Below, one piece after another: positions 53,348-63,816 of a stretch of DNA of 64,000 nt. The stretch is taken from assembly GCA_964291285.2 (NCBI GenBank), contig OZ219787.1, forward strand, positions 1,216,001-1,280,000, read 5' to 3'. The notes under the pieces are model-generated. The model did not search any database. It was not told where the DNA came from and saw nothing but the letters and a program-made list of their open reading frames with translations. The translations under genes and the position numbers were made by a program. The first letter of the stretch is position 1. Every line of letters begins with the position of its first letter. The stretch comes from Alphaproteobacteria bacterium. Lineage in GTDB: Bacteria; Pseudomonadota; Alphaproteobacteria; Bin95.

Positions 53348-54255
53348 GCGCCGCAGGGATTGTTGCGGGTGCGGTAGCGTGTCCCCTTCGCCGGACCAGG
53401 CTTCTTCGGTGGCGGCGCGGCGGCGTCGATGAGGCCGACGATCCACTCCATGTCGTGCAGGCTCCTGTCCACGCCGGCGGCCATGGCGGGCGTCACCCTG
53501 AGCGTCTTGTGGACCCGCACGAAGTTGTAGAAGCAGAAGAACAGCGAGCTCATGTGGATATGGTTCTCGACCTTCTTGGAGAAGGCGTTGGTGAGCCGCG
53601 TGAACCGGCGCATCCCCATCCGCATGGTGAGGTTGTGGCGCTCGACGTGTGACGTGCTGATCTTCTCCGGCTCGGGCCAGCCCTCGACCGTCTTCTTGAT
53701 GATGCCGACGCACTCCGAAGGCGAGTAGCGTTTGGACGCCTCCTTGCCCGCTTCCAGCACGCCGTAGAGCTTCACGAGCTGGGCATAGTCCACGTCGCCC
53801 CCGAACGCGCCCTCGACGGCTTCCAGATAGGCGGCATGGCCATCCGTGGTCAGTTGCACCCGGTTCACCAGCCGCGAGCGCAGATCGTCCATGAGGTCGA
53901 GGGCAACGTCGGCTTCGCGGGTGCCGAACCGGTAGGACAGGATTATCTTCGAGTCGCTGTCGAGAGCGGTCCATGTCCAGAGGTCGCCCGCGCCTGGGGG
54001 AGGTTTCAGGGCGAAGGGGACGTTCTTCTTCTTGGCGTAGCAGAAGGCCCATATCTCGTCGCACTGGACGTGGCGGGCGTGAACCTCCCGGACTGCCTGG
54101 TCGTGGTGCATGGCGCAGGCATGGCCCGCGTCCACGAGCAGCTTGGAGACGGTGTTGATCGAGACATCCGCGATCCGCGTGATGGCCCGCATCGACACAC
54201 CCTCGACGAGCATGTGGAGGATGTGAGCGCGCTTGGCGGTTGAGAGCTTGTTCAT
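53344..54255 (-). CDS. IS1-family DDE transposase
   Basis: N-terminal HTH (LVEGVSMRAITR), QCDEIW, TTDG, HVERHN, RRFTRLTNAFSKK. Confidence 0.9.
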   Translation of the reverse strand: MNKLSTAKRAHILHMLVEGVSMRAITRIADVSINTVSKLLVDAGHACAMHHDQAVREVHARHVQCDEIWAFCYAKKKNVPFALKPPPGAGDLWTWTALDSDSKIILSYRFGTREADVALDLMDDLRSRLVNRVQLTTDGHAAYLEAVEGAFGGDVDYAQLVKLYGVLEAGKEASKRYSPSECVGIIKKTVEGWPEPEKISTSHVERHNLTMRMGMRRFTRLTNAFSKKVENHIHMSSLFFCFYNFVRVHKTLRVTPAMAAGVDRSLHDMEWIVGLIDAAAPPPKKPGPAKGTRYRTRNNPCGA

Positions 54256-54262
54256 GGCGTTG

Positions 54263-54310
54263 AAGATAAAGGACGATTGCACACTGTCAAGCACAATGTC
54301 ATTTTATCTT
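54263..54310 (-). promoter_or_regulatory. Transposase promoter inside an inverted repeat
   Basis: TTGACA-N16-TATCTT ending 7 nt before the ATG (leaderless-like); AAGATAAA...TTTATCTT arms. Confidence 0.5.
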
Positions 54311-55601
54311 TATGCTGCCATGGGGAGCTGGAGCTTGGCCCGCAGATACTCCATCCCCCGGTCGCCCTTCACGGCGTTGCAGGCGCCGCAGAGGAGTTGG
54401 AGGTTGCTGATGTGGTCGGTCCCGCCCTTGGCCCGCGCAATGATATGGTCCACATGAAAGTGCCGAAGCTCAAAGTGATGCTGGCAGCCTCGGCAGTATC
54501 CCGCCTGTTCGCCGTAAAGGTGACGCTTGTTGTTCGGGTGGTTGTACGGAAGCAGCGGGACTAGGTCCGTGCGCTCCGGCAGATCGGTGCGGACCGTGCC
54601 CTTGAAGAACATGCCCAGCTCGTCACGCATCCGAGTCTGGACAAGCTCGGCAGCCTTCGGGGATATGTCGATCCCCACCCATTGCCGCCCCGCGTCTTGT
54701 GCCGCAACGCACGTTGTTGCGCAGCCGCAGAACGGGTCGAGGATCATGCCGTCGGCCGGGCATGACGAAAGGATGATTCGGCGAAGAAGCGCCAGCGGCT
54801 TCTGTGTCGGGTATCCGGTCTCTTCCTTGCCCTTGGTCGTCGGGAACCATCCCCGGCGGCTGGAAAGCTGCATGATGTCCGACCAGACCGTCGAGAGCGG
54901 CATACCAGGGCTTTCGTCGAGGTATTGGCGGACGATCCCTCCGGCCCGCTGTCGGGTGCGGTAGGGCCTGCCCTTTTCATCCTTGTGCCGGAACCAGCGC
55001 AGATACCTGTCCGTATAGGGCGTGTATTGCCGCGCGTAGAAGTGCTTCCCGTATTCCGAGGCATAGGCCAGAAGACAGTCATGCACCTTCACGGGCTTCT
55101 TGCCGCCGACGCGCCCCCCGGACGGGGTGCCGTAGTTCCACACGATTTCGTTGATGAAGTTCCCGCGCCCGAAAATTGCGTCCATCACCAGCTTCAGGTA
55201 GTGAGACGCGAATTGATTGCAGTGCAGGTAGATGGTGCCGCTCGGCTTCAGCAGGCGGTGCATCTCCAGCAGCCGCGCCGCCATATAGACCAGATACGCC
55301 TTGTCGCTTGCCGTCATGGCGGCGAGCAGAACGCGATACAGGGCCGGGTGCTTCGCCTCGATGAGGTTGATCCACTCGGCGTCCACGTCCGTCAGCGTCC
55401 AGGTATCCTTGAACGCAGCCCCGGCGGCCTTGCTGCCGATGGGCGCGGCGTAGTTGGCTTGCGAGTTGAAAGGCGGGTCGAGATAGATGAGGTCAACCGA
55501 GGCACTGTTCATGCCTCGCATGATGTTCAGATTGTCGCCGGTCCAGACTGTCTGGTTAGCCCAATTCGGACTCCCTGGGGGGGGGTACTACGCTTTGGCA
55601 T
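54310..55601 (-). CDS. Beta-class N4/N6 DNA methyltransferase fused to HNH endonuclease; 5' end frameshifted at a C9 tract
   Basis: GDNL, DPPF, YPTQKP, DPFCGCAT; C-terminal CxxC..DH..GG....NL..LCxxCN; the open frame extends to 55587 and the candidate ATG 55601 needs one extra base. Confidence 0.85.
55577..55585. repeat. G9/C9 homopolymer tract
   Basis: CTCCCT-GGGGGGGGG-TACTA on the + strand. Confidence 0.9.
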
Positions 55602-55827
55602 CGGCCCACCGCGCTGCCGCCGCGGCCTGGGCGATCTCCTTGCGCCGTTCGGGCGTCATCGCGCGCGCGCGGGCTTTTCCTCCGGCGCGGCCGCCCTTGG
55701 CCTTGTTCGGCTGCCGGGGCTGCTCCTCAAGGGTTTCCTCGATGTCGCCGACTGCGATCTTGCAGACATGCACGGCATTGCTGATCACGTCAGCCGGGCG
55801 CTTCTGCCCCTGCGGTCCTGTGGGCAT
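55588..55827 (-). CDS. Small basic protein with KGG-like motif (IS-associated)
   Basis: MPTGPQGQKRPADVI...KGGRAGGKARA..MTPERRKEIA..AA.ARW; GGAGG RBS. Confidence 0.8.
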   Translation of the reverse strand: MPTGPQGQKRPADVISNAVHVCKIAVGDIEETLEEQPRQPNKAKGGRAGGKARARAMTPERRKEIAQAAAAARWADAKA

Positions 55828-56152
55828 CGTCGTTCCTCCTTGCCAGACGCGGCGATGGTATCACCGCTTGGGGACGATGCGAACAGGGTCGATTTGGCCT
55901 CACAAAGTCAAAGTGAGACACTACCCGGCCCATGCCGTCCTTGCATTGAGCTTTCTCAGAACGCAGACTGCTTCCCGCAAGCAATACGCGGACACCCGCT
56001 CTGTCGGGCCGCCCGCTGAATAGAACAGCCTGATACCCGGCAAGGGAGTAGCTACCCAGGCCCGGCGAATAGGCGGGGCTTTACGCATCCGCGTGTTGCT
56101 TGCAACGGCCCGACGCCAGCTTCGGGCCTTTGTGTCGAAGCGAGGCGCGGGG

Positions 56153-56944
56153 ATGGCCCAACTGCCTGTCTATGTCATCAATCTCGACCGGCGCCCGGAC
56201 CGGTGGGCGGCGATGTCCGCGCAGCTGGACCGGCTCGGCATCGGGGCGGCGCGCATCCCCGCAATCGACAAGGAGTGCCTGGCGGGCGACCCGGCGCTTC
56301 TCAGGATGGGCGCGGGCCATGTCGCCTGCGCGCGCAGCCACTACAAGGCGATGCAGGCGCTTGTCGATTGCGGAGCGCCCGCCGCGCTCGTCCTCGAAGA
56401 CGATGTCGAGGTCGGCGGGGAAGTCCCGGCGCTTATCGCGTCGCTGGAATGGTGGCCCGGCGAACACGGGCTGGTGAAGCTGCAAAGCACGATCGCGCCC
56501 GACAGGCGGATATGGCTGGGCCCCGCCGTCGGCGCCACGCCGAGCGGCCGCGCCCTCAGGCCGATCATGGGCAGCCACCTGGGCGCATACGGATACCTGA
56601 TCGACCGCGACGCCGCCCTGGAGGCGCTTGAGACCGCCCCGGCGACGCCCATGCCGATCGACCATCTGCTGTTCAATCTCGGCAACTCGCATCTCGCGCA
56701 CAGCCTCGCTCCGCTGCAGATGACGCCGGGCGCAATCCGCCACCTGCCCTACGGGATGTTCGGCTCGGACACCGGAGAGCACCGGGTCGAAGGGCGGAGG
56801 CTCTGGAAGCCCGGCTACGCGACCCGCCTGTCGCTCAAGAAGACATGGATGTGGGCCGCGGCGAGGGGCCGGTGCGAGCGCATCGGCGTCGGATACTGCC
56901 CCGGCCCGAAGGCGAACCGGACCGCCGGGGCCGCGGCCGGGTGA
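56153..56944 (+). CDS. Glycosyltransferase family 25
   Basis: YVINLDRRPDRW, C..SH, LEDD, PIDH. Confidence 0.85.
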   Translation: MAQLPVYVINLDRRPDRWAAMSAQLDRLGIGAARIPAIDKECLAGDPALLRMGAGHVACARSHYKAMQALVDCGAPAALVLEDDVEVGGEVPALIASLEWWPGEHGLVKLQSTIAPDRRIWLGPAVGATPSGRALRPIMGSHLGAYGYLIDRDAALEALETAPATPMPIDHLLFNLGNSHLAHSLAPLQMTPGAIRHLPYGMFGSDTGEHRVEGRRLWKPGYATRLSLKKTWMWAAARGRCERIGVGYCPGPKANRTAGAAAG

Positions 56945-57768
56945 TGCTGCCGGTTTTTGTCATCAATCTCGACCGCCGCCCGGACCGGTGGGCGGCGATG
57001 TCCGCGCAAATGGACCGCCTCGGCATCGGGGCGACGCGCATCCCGGCGGTCGATGCCCGCCTGCTGGCGGCGCAGGAGGAATGGGAGCGAACGACGAACG
57101 GCAATCCGCCCTTCTGGCGCATCAATCTGGGCTCGGCGGCCAACATGCTCGGCCACGGCAGGGCCATGAGCGAGCTGCTCGGGTCGGACGCCCCGGCGGC
57201 GCTGATTCTGGAAGACGATGCGGCGCTCGCTCCCGATACGCCTTCACTGCTGGAGTCGGTGGACTGGTGGCCCTCCGGCGCGCATGCCGTGCGGCTGGAA
57301 GAAAGCCTTCCGGGGACCCTCCGGTGGCGCAAGGCCGCGCCGCTGTGGCGGTCGTCGGGCAGGACGCCGAGCGGGCGCGGGCTGCACCGTCTGGAAAGAT
57401 GGTGCCCCGGGGCCGCGGCCTATCTGATCGACCGGCGCGGGGCGCAGATCGCGCTCGCCGCGTTCGCCGATCCCGACAACAGCCTTGACCAGACGTTGTT
57501 CGACCTTCGCTATTCCAGGGCAGCCCGCCGGCTGCGGACGGTGCAGATATTGCCGGCGATGGCGCGCCAGCGCGAAGAGGACGGAAGCGACCAGGCCGCG
57601 TGGCGCCAGGCGGCGGAGTTGCGGGGCCGGAAAAGGCGCCTCCATCGCCTGCGGAGGAACCTTCGCGCCCTGCCGTACAAGGCGCGCGTGCAGGCGCTGT
57701 TCGCCCTCGGGATGGTGCGGAAGGTCCGCATTTCCTACAGCGACGATCCGCCGGGGCGTCCGTGCTGA
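56944..57768 (+). CDS. Glycosyltransferase family 25 (paralogue)
   Basis: FVINLDRRPDRW, AVD, LEDD, AYLI. Confidence 0.85.
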   Translation: MLPVFVINLDRRPDRWAAMSAQMDRLGIGATRIPAVDARLLAAQEEWERTTNGNPPFWRINLGSAANMLGHGRAMSELLGSDAPAALILEDDAALAPDTPSLLESVDWWPSGAHAVRLEESLPGTLRWRKAAPLWRSSGRTPSGRGLHRLERWCPGAAAYLIDRRGAQIALAAFADPDNSLDQTLFDLRYSRAARRLRTVQILPAMARQREEDGSDQAAWRQAAELRGRKRRLHRLRRNLRALPYKARVQALFALGMVRKVRISYSDDPPGRPC

Positions 57769-57992
57769 ACGCCATGCCGCCGATCTTCGTGGTCTCCCTG
57801 GTCCGGGAGGCCGAACGCCGCGCCCGCATGCGGAAGGAACTGAAGGCGCAGCAGCTCGATTTCGAGTTTTTCGACGCGGTGGACGGGGCCGGGCTGACCG
57901 AGGACTGCTGCCGCCGCCGGATGCACCGGACCGAACGAAGCGGTGAGCCGACGGCGCGGAGTCGCCCGTCAACCGTGCGCAGGGGGATATGA
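57762..57992 (+). pseudogene. Truncated third GT25 (N-terminal remnant)
   Basis: IFVVSL..AERR..M.....FEFFDAVDG, then similarity is lost with no EDD motif. Confidence 0.65.
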
Positions 57993-57995
57993 GGC

Positions 57996-59297
57996 ATGAA
58001 TACCGGTCGAGCGGTCCGCGGCCGGTGTTTGCCGCGCATCGGCATGGTGCTGCCGGACCTGGCAGGCGGCGGCGCGGAAAGAACCGTGTTGACGCTGGCA
58101 GGTGCTCTTCTCGAACGAGGATACCCCGTTGACCTCGTTCTTCTGCGTTTGAACGGTTCATACAAGCGCACGATACCGGACGGGATTCGGATATATTATC
58201 GACAGCGCAAAAGAACTACCGACCCGAACTTTCTGGCGCACTGCCGCGAGCGCGGGATCGAAGCGCACCCGCTTGCGGTCGATCTTCTGGCTACGTGCAG
58301 TGCATGGCGGTCCCTGCAAAGGCTTCATTCCGGCGCTCCCCTGAAGTGGGCGCAAATACGCGCGGCAGTCGCCATCGCCCGCTATATACGCGAGGCGCAA
58401 CCTCAATTGCTGTTTGCTGCTCTGCCGCCTGCAAATTGTGCGGCAATACTCGGCGCGGAATTGGAGAAGACCTGTATTCCCGTCATAGCGTCTATTCATA
58501 TCAACGTCGATACCGGCGACAGCTACAAAGGACGGGGGAGGGAGATTGCGATCTCGACCGATCCCAGAGCCGACGCGGTGGTGGCGGTTTCTCAAGGCGT
58601 GGCTAGGACCGTGATCGACACTTTGGGTGTCGATGCGCGGAAAACACATGTAATTTACAATCCTGCTCCTGTGTCGGAAATACGCCGCCTGGCCGAACAG
58701 GAAGTCCAACACCCCTGGTTTCAGGCTGCTGAAATTCCGATTGTTCTCAGCGTGCTTGCTCAAAGAAACCAGAAAGACTGGCGCACACTTGTTTCGGCAT
58801 TTGGAGCAGTGCGCCGGAAAACGAACGCCCGTCTCGCAATTCTCGAAGATCTGTCGGCCGACTACCGCAACCAAATTACATCTCTGGCCAGGGAAATGGG
58901 GGTGGAAGACGACATCGCCTTTCTGGGCTTTGTCGAGAACCCGTTCAGCTACATGCGGCGTGCTGCGCTGTATGTATTGTCGTCGAGATACGAAGGCCTG
59001 GCGAACGTCCTCATCGAGGCGATGGCCTGCGGCACCCCGGTTGTCAGTACCGATGCGCCATACGGGCCGGCGGAAATTCTCGAGGGAGGCCGGTGGGGGC
59101 GGCTTGTGCCGGTCGGCGATGCGGAGGCGCTGGCCGCAGCGATTGTCGAGAGTTTGGAAGGCGGCGCGGTTTCCACGGCGGAACTCGAACGGCGCGCCGA
59201 TGACTTTTCCGCAGAGCGCCTTGTTCCCGTCTATGAGGATTTGTTCAAGAGGATGATTGGGAAAGGGAAGGGCGCAACGGTCCAGGAGCGGGTTTGA
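57996..59297 (+). CDS. Glycosyltransferase family 4
   Basis: GGGAER, IYNP, SSRYEGLANVLIEAMACGTPVV. Confidence 0.9.
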   Translation: MNTGRAVRGRCLPRIGMVLPDLAGGGAERTVLTLAGALLERGYPVDLVLLRLNGSYKRTIPDGIRIYYRQRKRTTDPNFLAHCRERGIEAHPLAVDLLATCSAWRSLQRLHSGAPLKWAQIRAAVAIARYIREAQPQLLFAALPPANCAAILGAELEKTCIPVIASIHINVDTGDSYKGRGREIAISTDPRADAVVAVSQGVARTVIDTLGVDARKTHVIYNPAPVSEIRRLAEQEVQHPWFQAAEIPIVLSVLAQRNQKDWRTLVSAFGAVRRKTNARLAILEDLSADYRNQITSLAREMGVEDDIAFLGFVENPFSYMRRAALYVLSSRYEGLANVLIEAMACGTPVVSTDAPYGPAEILEGGRWGRLVPVGDAEALAAAIVESLEGGAVSTAELERRADDFSAERLVPVYEDLFKRMIGKGKGATVQERV

Positions 59298-59364
59298 GCG
59301 GGAACGTCCGACCGATGGGAAGCGGCAGAGGAAACATCCCGGCCTTCCGCGGAGAGCATGAGAG

Positions 59365-60291
59365 ATGAACATCCGTCGAGTGATCCCCCGTCGGTTTTTG
59401 CCGCGCAATGCGTGGGGCGACAGGGAATCCGCCCGGCGGCGCTTCGTTCGCAGGCACGGGCGCCCTCCCAGCCCGCAGAAGCCCGAGCGGCTTACCGACT
59501 ATCTCTACAGGATCATGGTAGATGGCTCGCTGACCGACCCGTTGCGCCAGTTCGTCACCGACAAGGAGTTCGCGAAGCTCTATATCGAAAGCACGGTCGG
59601 GCCGGGCTATCTGCCGGAGACTTACCGGATATTGAGGAATGCGGACGACATAGAGACATTCGTTCCGGACCGGGTTCCCTGCGTGGTGAAGCCCACGCAC
59701 CTGAGCGGCTACGTGCAGTTCTACATCGACCCGGACGAAACTATTGACCGGGACCTGTTGCACAAATGGTTGAACACAGAATACTACAGCATCACGAGGG
59801 AAGCCAATTACCGCTATCTCCGGCCGAAGATCGTCGTCGAGGAGTTTCTTTCCGAAGACGGCGTCTCCGCTCCGAAAGATTACAAATTGTTCTGCTTTCA
59901 CGGCGTTCCGAAGCTGATTCAGGTGGATTCTGGCCGGTTCGGCGAGCACACGCGGAATTTCTACGATCTCGACTGGAACCGGCTGCCCATGACTAGGCTC
60001 TATCCAGCGGGCGAAGAAGACGACGACAGACCTGAACCCCTTCAAGAAATGTTGGAGGTAGCGGCGCGGTTATCTTCCCCGTTTTCTTTCGTGCGGGCCG
60101 ATCTGTATGCGATCTCGACAGATGTCAGGATAGGAGAATTGACGTTTTGTCCCGGAGGCGCCAACGAAGTTATGCTCCCGCTCGCCGCCGACATCGAGCT
60201 CGCAAAACTCTTCGACCCTGATTATCGGTTGGATGGGAAGGCTTGCGCCGAGGCGTGGGCGGCCGAGCGACGGCCTGCCGCCGCAGCCTGA
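59365..60291 (+). CDS. TupA-like ATP-grasp amide ligase
   Basis: DK, VVKPTH.SG, IVVEE, DYK.FCFHG, FVRADLY, GELTF.P. Confidence 0.85.
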   Translation: MNIRRVIPRRFLPRNAWGDRESARRRFVRRHGRPPSPQKPERLTDYLYRIMVDGSLTDPLRQFVTDKEFAKLYIESTVGPGYLPETYRILRNADDIETFVPDRVPCVVKPTHLSGYVQFYIDPDETIDRDLLHKWLNTEYYSITREANYRYLRPKIVVEEFLSEDGVSAPKDYKLFCFHGVPKLIQVDSGRFGEHTRNFYDLDWNRLPMTRLYPAGEEDDDRPEPLQEMLEVAARLSSPFSFVRADLYAISTDVRIGELTFCPGGANEVMLPLAADIELAKLFDPDYRLDGKACAEAWAAERRPAAAA

Positions 60292-60544
60292 GCGCAGCGC
60301 CTCCGCATCGTTGCACTGTCCTCCATCCCGGCGCAGGCCGGGGACGGGAGGCCGCTCCCGCTCCTCCAGTCATGAAAAATTTCTGGTATTTTTGAAAATT
60401 GTTCCTCATTTGATCTTGACATATGCCAGAGTGTGGTATGCTGTTCCTGAGGGAAGAGGCATCCGGAGCCGCTTCCCCGGCGTTGCGCGGCGCCATTTTT
60501 GAAAACCACCGAGGGAGCCGACAGGAGAGCGACTGTGTTGTCGG

Positions 60545-62253
<1,709 letters not shown>

Positions 62254-62273
<20 letters not shown>

Positions 62274-62622
62274 CCACCTTCCGGTCCAGAACCCGGAGGT
62301 CTCCCTGGACCTGTGCCAGCCCGGCCACCAGCGCCTGCCGCTCCTCCCGTGCCCGCTCCAGACCGGCCGCCAGCGTCTCCTGTCCTTCCTCGACAGCGAT
62401 CAGGCGGGTCTCGACGACGCCGAGCCGCGCGTTCATCTCATGGATGGAAAGCGCAATCCAGCCAAGCAGCCCCAGCAGGGCGACCGCCAGCACGGGATAC
62501 AGCCAGTCCCGCTGCGCCAATGGCCGCCGGGCGGCGGACTCCGCCAGGGCGGCCGCGGCGTCGGGCCGGACGCCGGCCTGCTCCAGCGCGCTGCGGATCT
62601 GTTCGGGCGATGCGGTCGCCAT
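62254..62622 (-). CDS. Hypothetical 122-aa protein: small head, TM helix, coiled coil
   Basis: GAGAGGA RBS; MATASPEQIRSALEQAGV; heptad C-terminus; duplicated in tandem. Confidence 0.75.
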
Positions 62623-62709
62623 GATGTCCTCTCGCTGACGGCCGGAAACACCATAGCCCGCCCGGGTCCGGCCGTCCACAACGGGCCGGGCGCCGCCCCG
62701 CTTCGCGCC

Positions 62710-62803
62710 GGCGCGCACATAACCTGCGAATCAGGGTCCCGCCGCCAGGGCAGGCCGGCGGCGGGGAGAACGGAACGAAAGGGAACGAACCGGGATGGAG
62801 GAA
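62710..62803 (+). repeat. 94-bp direct repeat, copy 2
   Basis: Nearly identical to 61732-61825. Confidence 0.9.
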
Positions 62804-62882
62804 GGACCGCTCTCATGCCCGAAGGAACAACAGGATATGCGCCGACGGCATGCGGATCATGACATCTCATGACATGCGGTGG

Positions 62883-63015
62883 TCCCTCGATACGCGGCTG
62901 GCGACGCTACTCAGGATGAGGGTTCTGTCCCGGCCGCCATCCCCGCCCCTCATCCTGAGTAGCGACCGCGCCAGCGGGCGCGTATCGAAAGCCTGTCCTG
63001 AGCTTGTCGAAGGGG
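62883..63015. repeat. Inverted pair of REP-like elements with a nested 22-bp insert
   Basis: CTCAGGATGAGGG / CCCTCATCCTGAG arms; insert AGCCTGTCCTGAGCTTGTCGAA at 62990-63011. Confidence 0.7.
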
Positions 63016-63240
63016 ACTGCTCCGAACCGCCCCGCGCACGCGGGCGCGCGAGCGCGGGCGGGCGCGCATAATGCGCGGGCGAGGGACGCGCCTCCGGCAA
63101 CGGGGGCGTCCGGGACCACGGACCGGCAAGCAGGCTGCAATGCCTTGCGAACGACCGGGGCGGAGACCGGCCCGCATGACAAAACATGACATCCCATGAC
63201 GTGCCCGCGGGGTGGGCCCCGGGCCGGGAGCCGGTCCGGC

Positions 63241-63816
63241 TTACGCCGCCTGCCCCTCGCGGCGGAAGGCTGTGCCGGCGTGTTCGGGCTGGTCGGTGCG
63301 GAAGACGAGGTCGTCCACGGGCGCGCCCGACTCGTAGCGGGCCAGCAGCTCGTCAGGGTCGAAGAGCTGGCCGACGGGGTCGCGCGCGAAGGTCTCGCTG
63401 CGCATGAATTCGCCGGCCCGGGCCAGGTCCATCATGTCGATCTGGAACTCGAGCCCGTTGCCGTCCGGGTCGCGGTAATACATCGAGAGCGTGAGCCCGT
63501 GGCGGATCGGCCGGTAGGGCAGGATGCCCATGCCCTTCAGCCGCTTGTAGGTGTCGAGCAGCTCGCCCAGGCCCCGCCAGGTGTAGGCGACATGGTTGAC
63601 GCCCGCCTCGTCCGGCCGGCGTTCCGCCGCGCCCTCCGGCGCGGGCCCGAGATTGATGAAGGCGAAGCGGTGGTGCTCGTCGTCATAGGTCAGGAACGCC
63701 AGCCGCTCGTCCCGGTGCTGGATGCGCGCCTCGAAGACGCGGGCATACCAGTCGACCATCTCCTCATGGCGGTGGGTGTTGTAAACGATGTGGGCGAACT
63801 TGCTGGGCGCGACCAT
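63241..63816 (-). CDS. VOC-family protein (extradiol dioxygenase/glyoxalase-like)
   Basis: FAHIV, YDDEHHR, HVAY, HG.T.SMYY.DPDGNG.E. Confidence 0.9.
   Translation of the reverse strand: MVAPSKFAHIVYNTHRHEEMVDWYARVFEARIQHRDERLAFLTYDDEHHRFAFINLGPAPEGAAERRPDEAGVNHVAYTWRGLGELLDTYKRLKGMGILPYRPIRHGLTLSMYYRDPDGNGLEFQIDMMDLARAGEFMRSETFARDPVGQLFDPDELLARYESGAPVDDLVFRTDQPEHAGTAFRREGQAA

Larger units (their letters stand above)
52788..55925 (-). mobile_element. IS1-family cargo-carrying element (3138 bp)
   Basis: Perfect 22-bp IRs GGTAGTGTCTCACTTTGACTTT (52788-52809 / 55904-55925); 8-bp TSD CGGCCCAT at 52780-52787 and 55926-55933. Confidence 0.95.
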
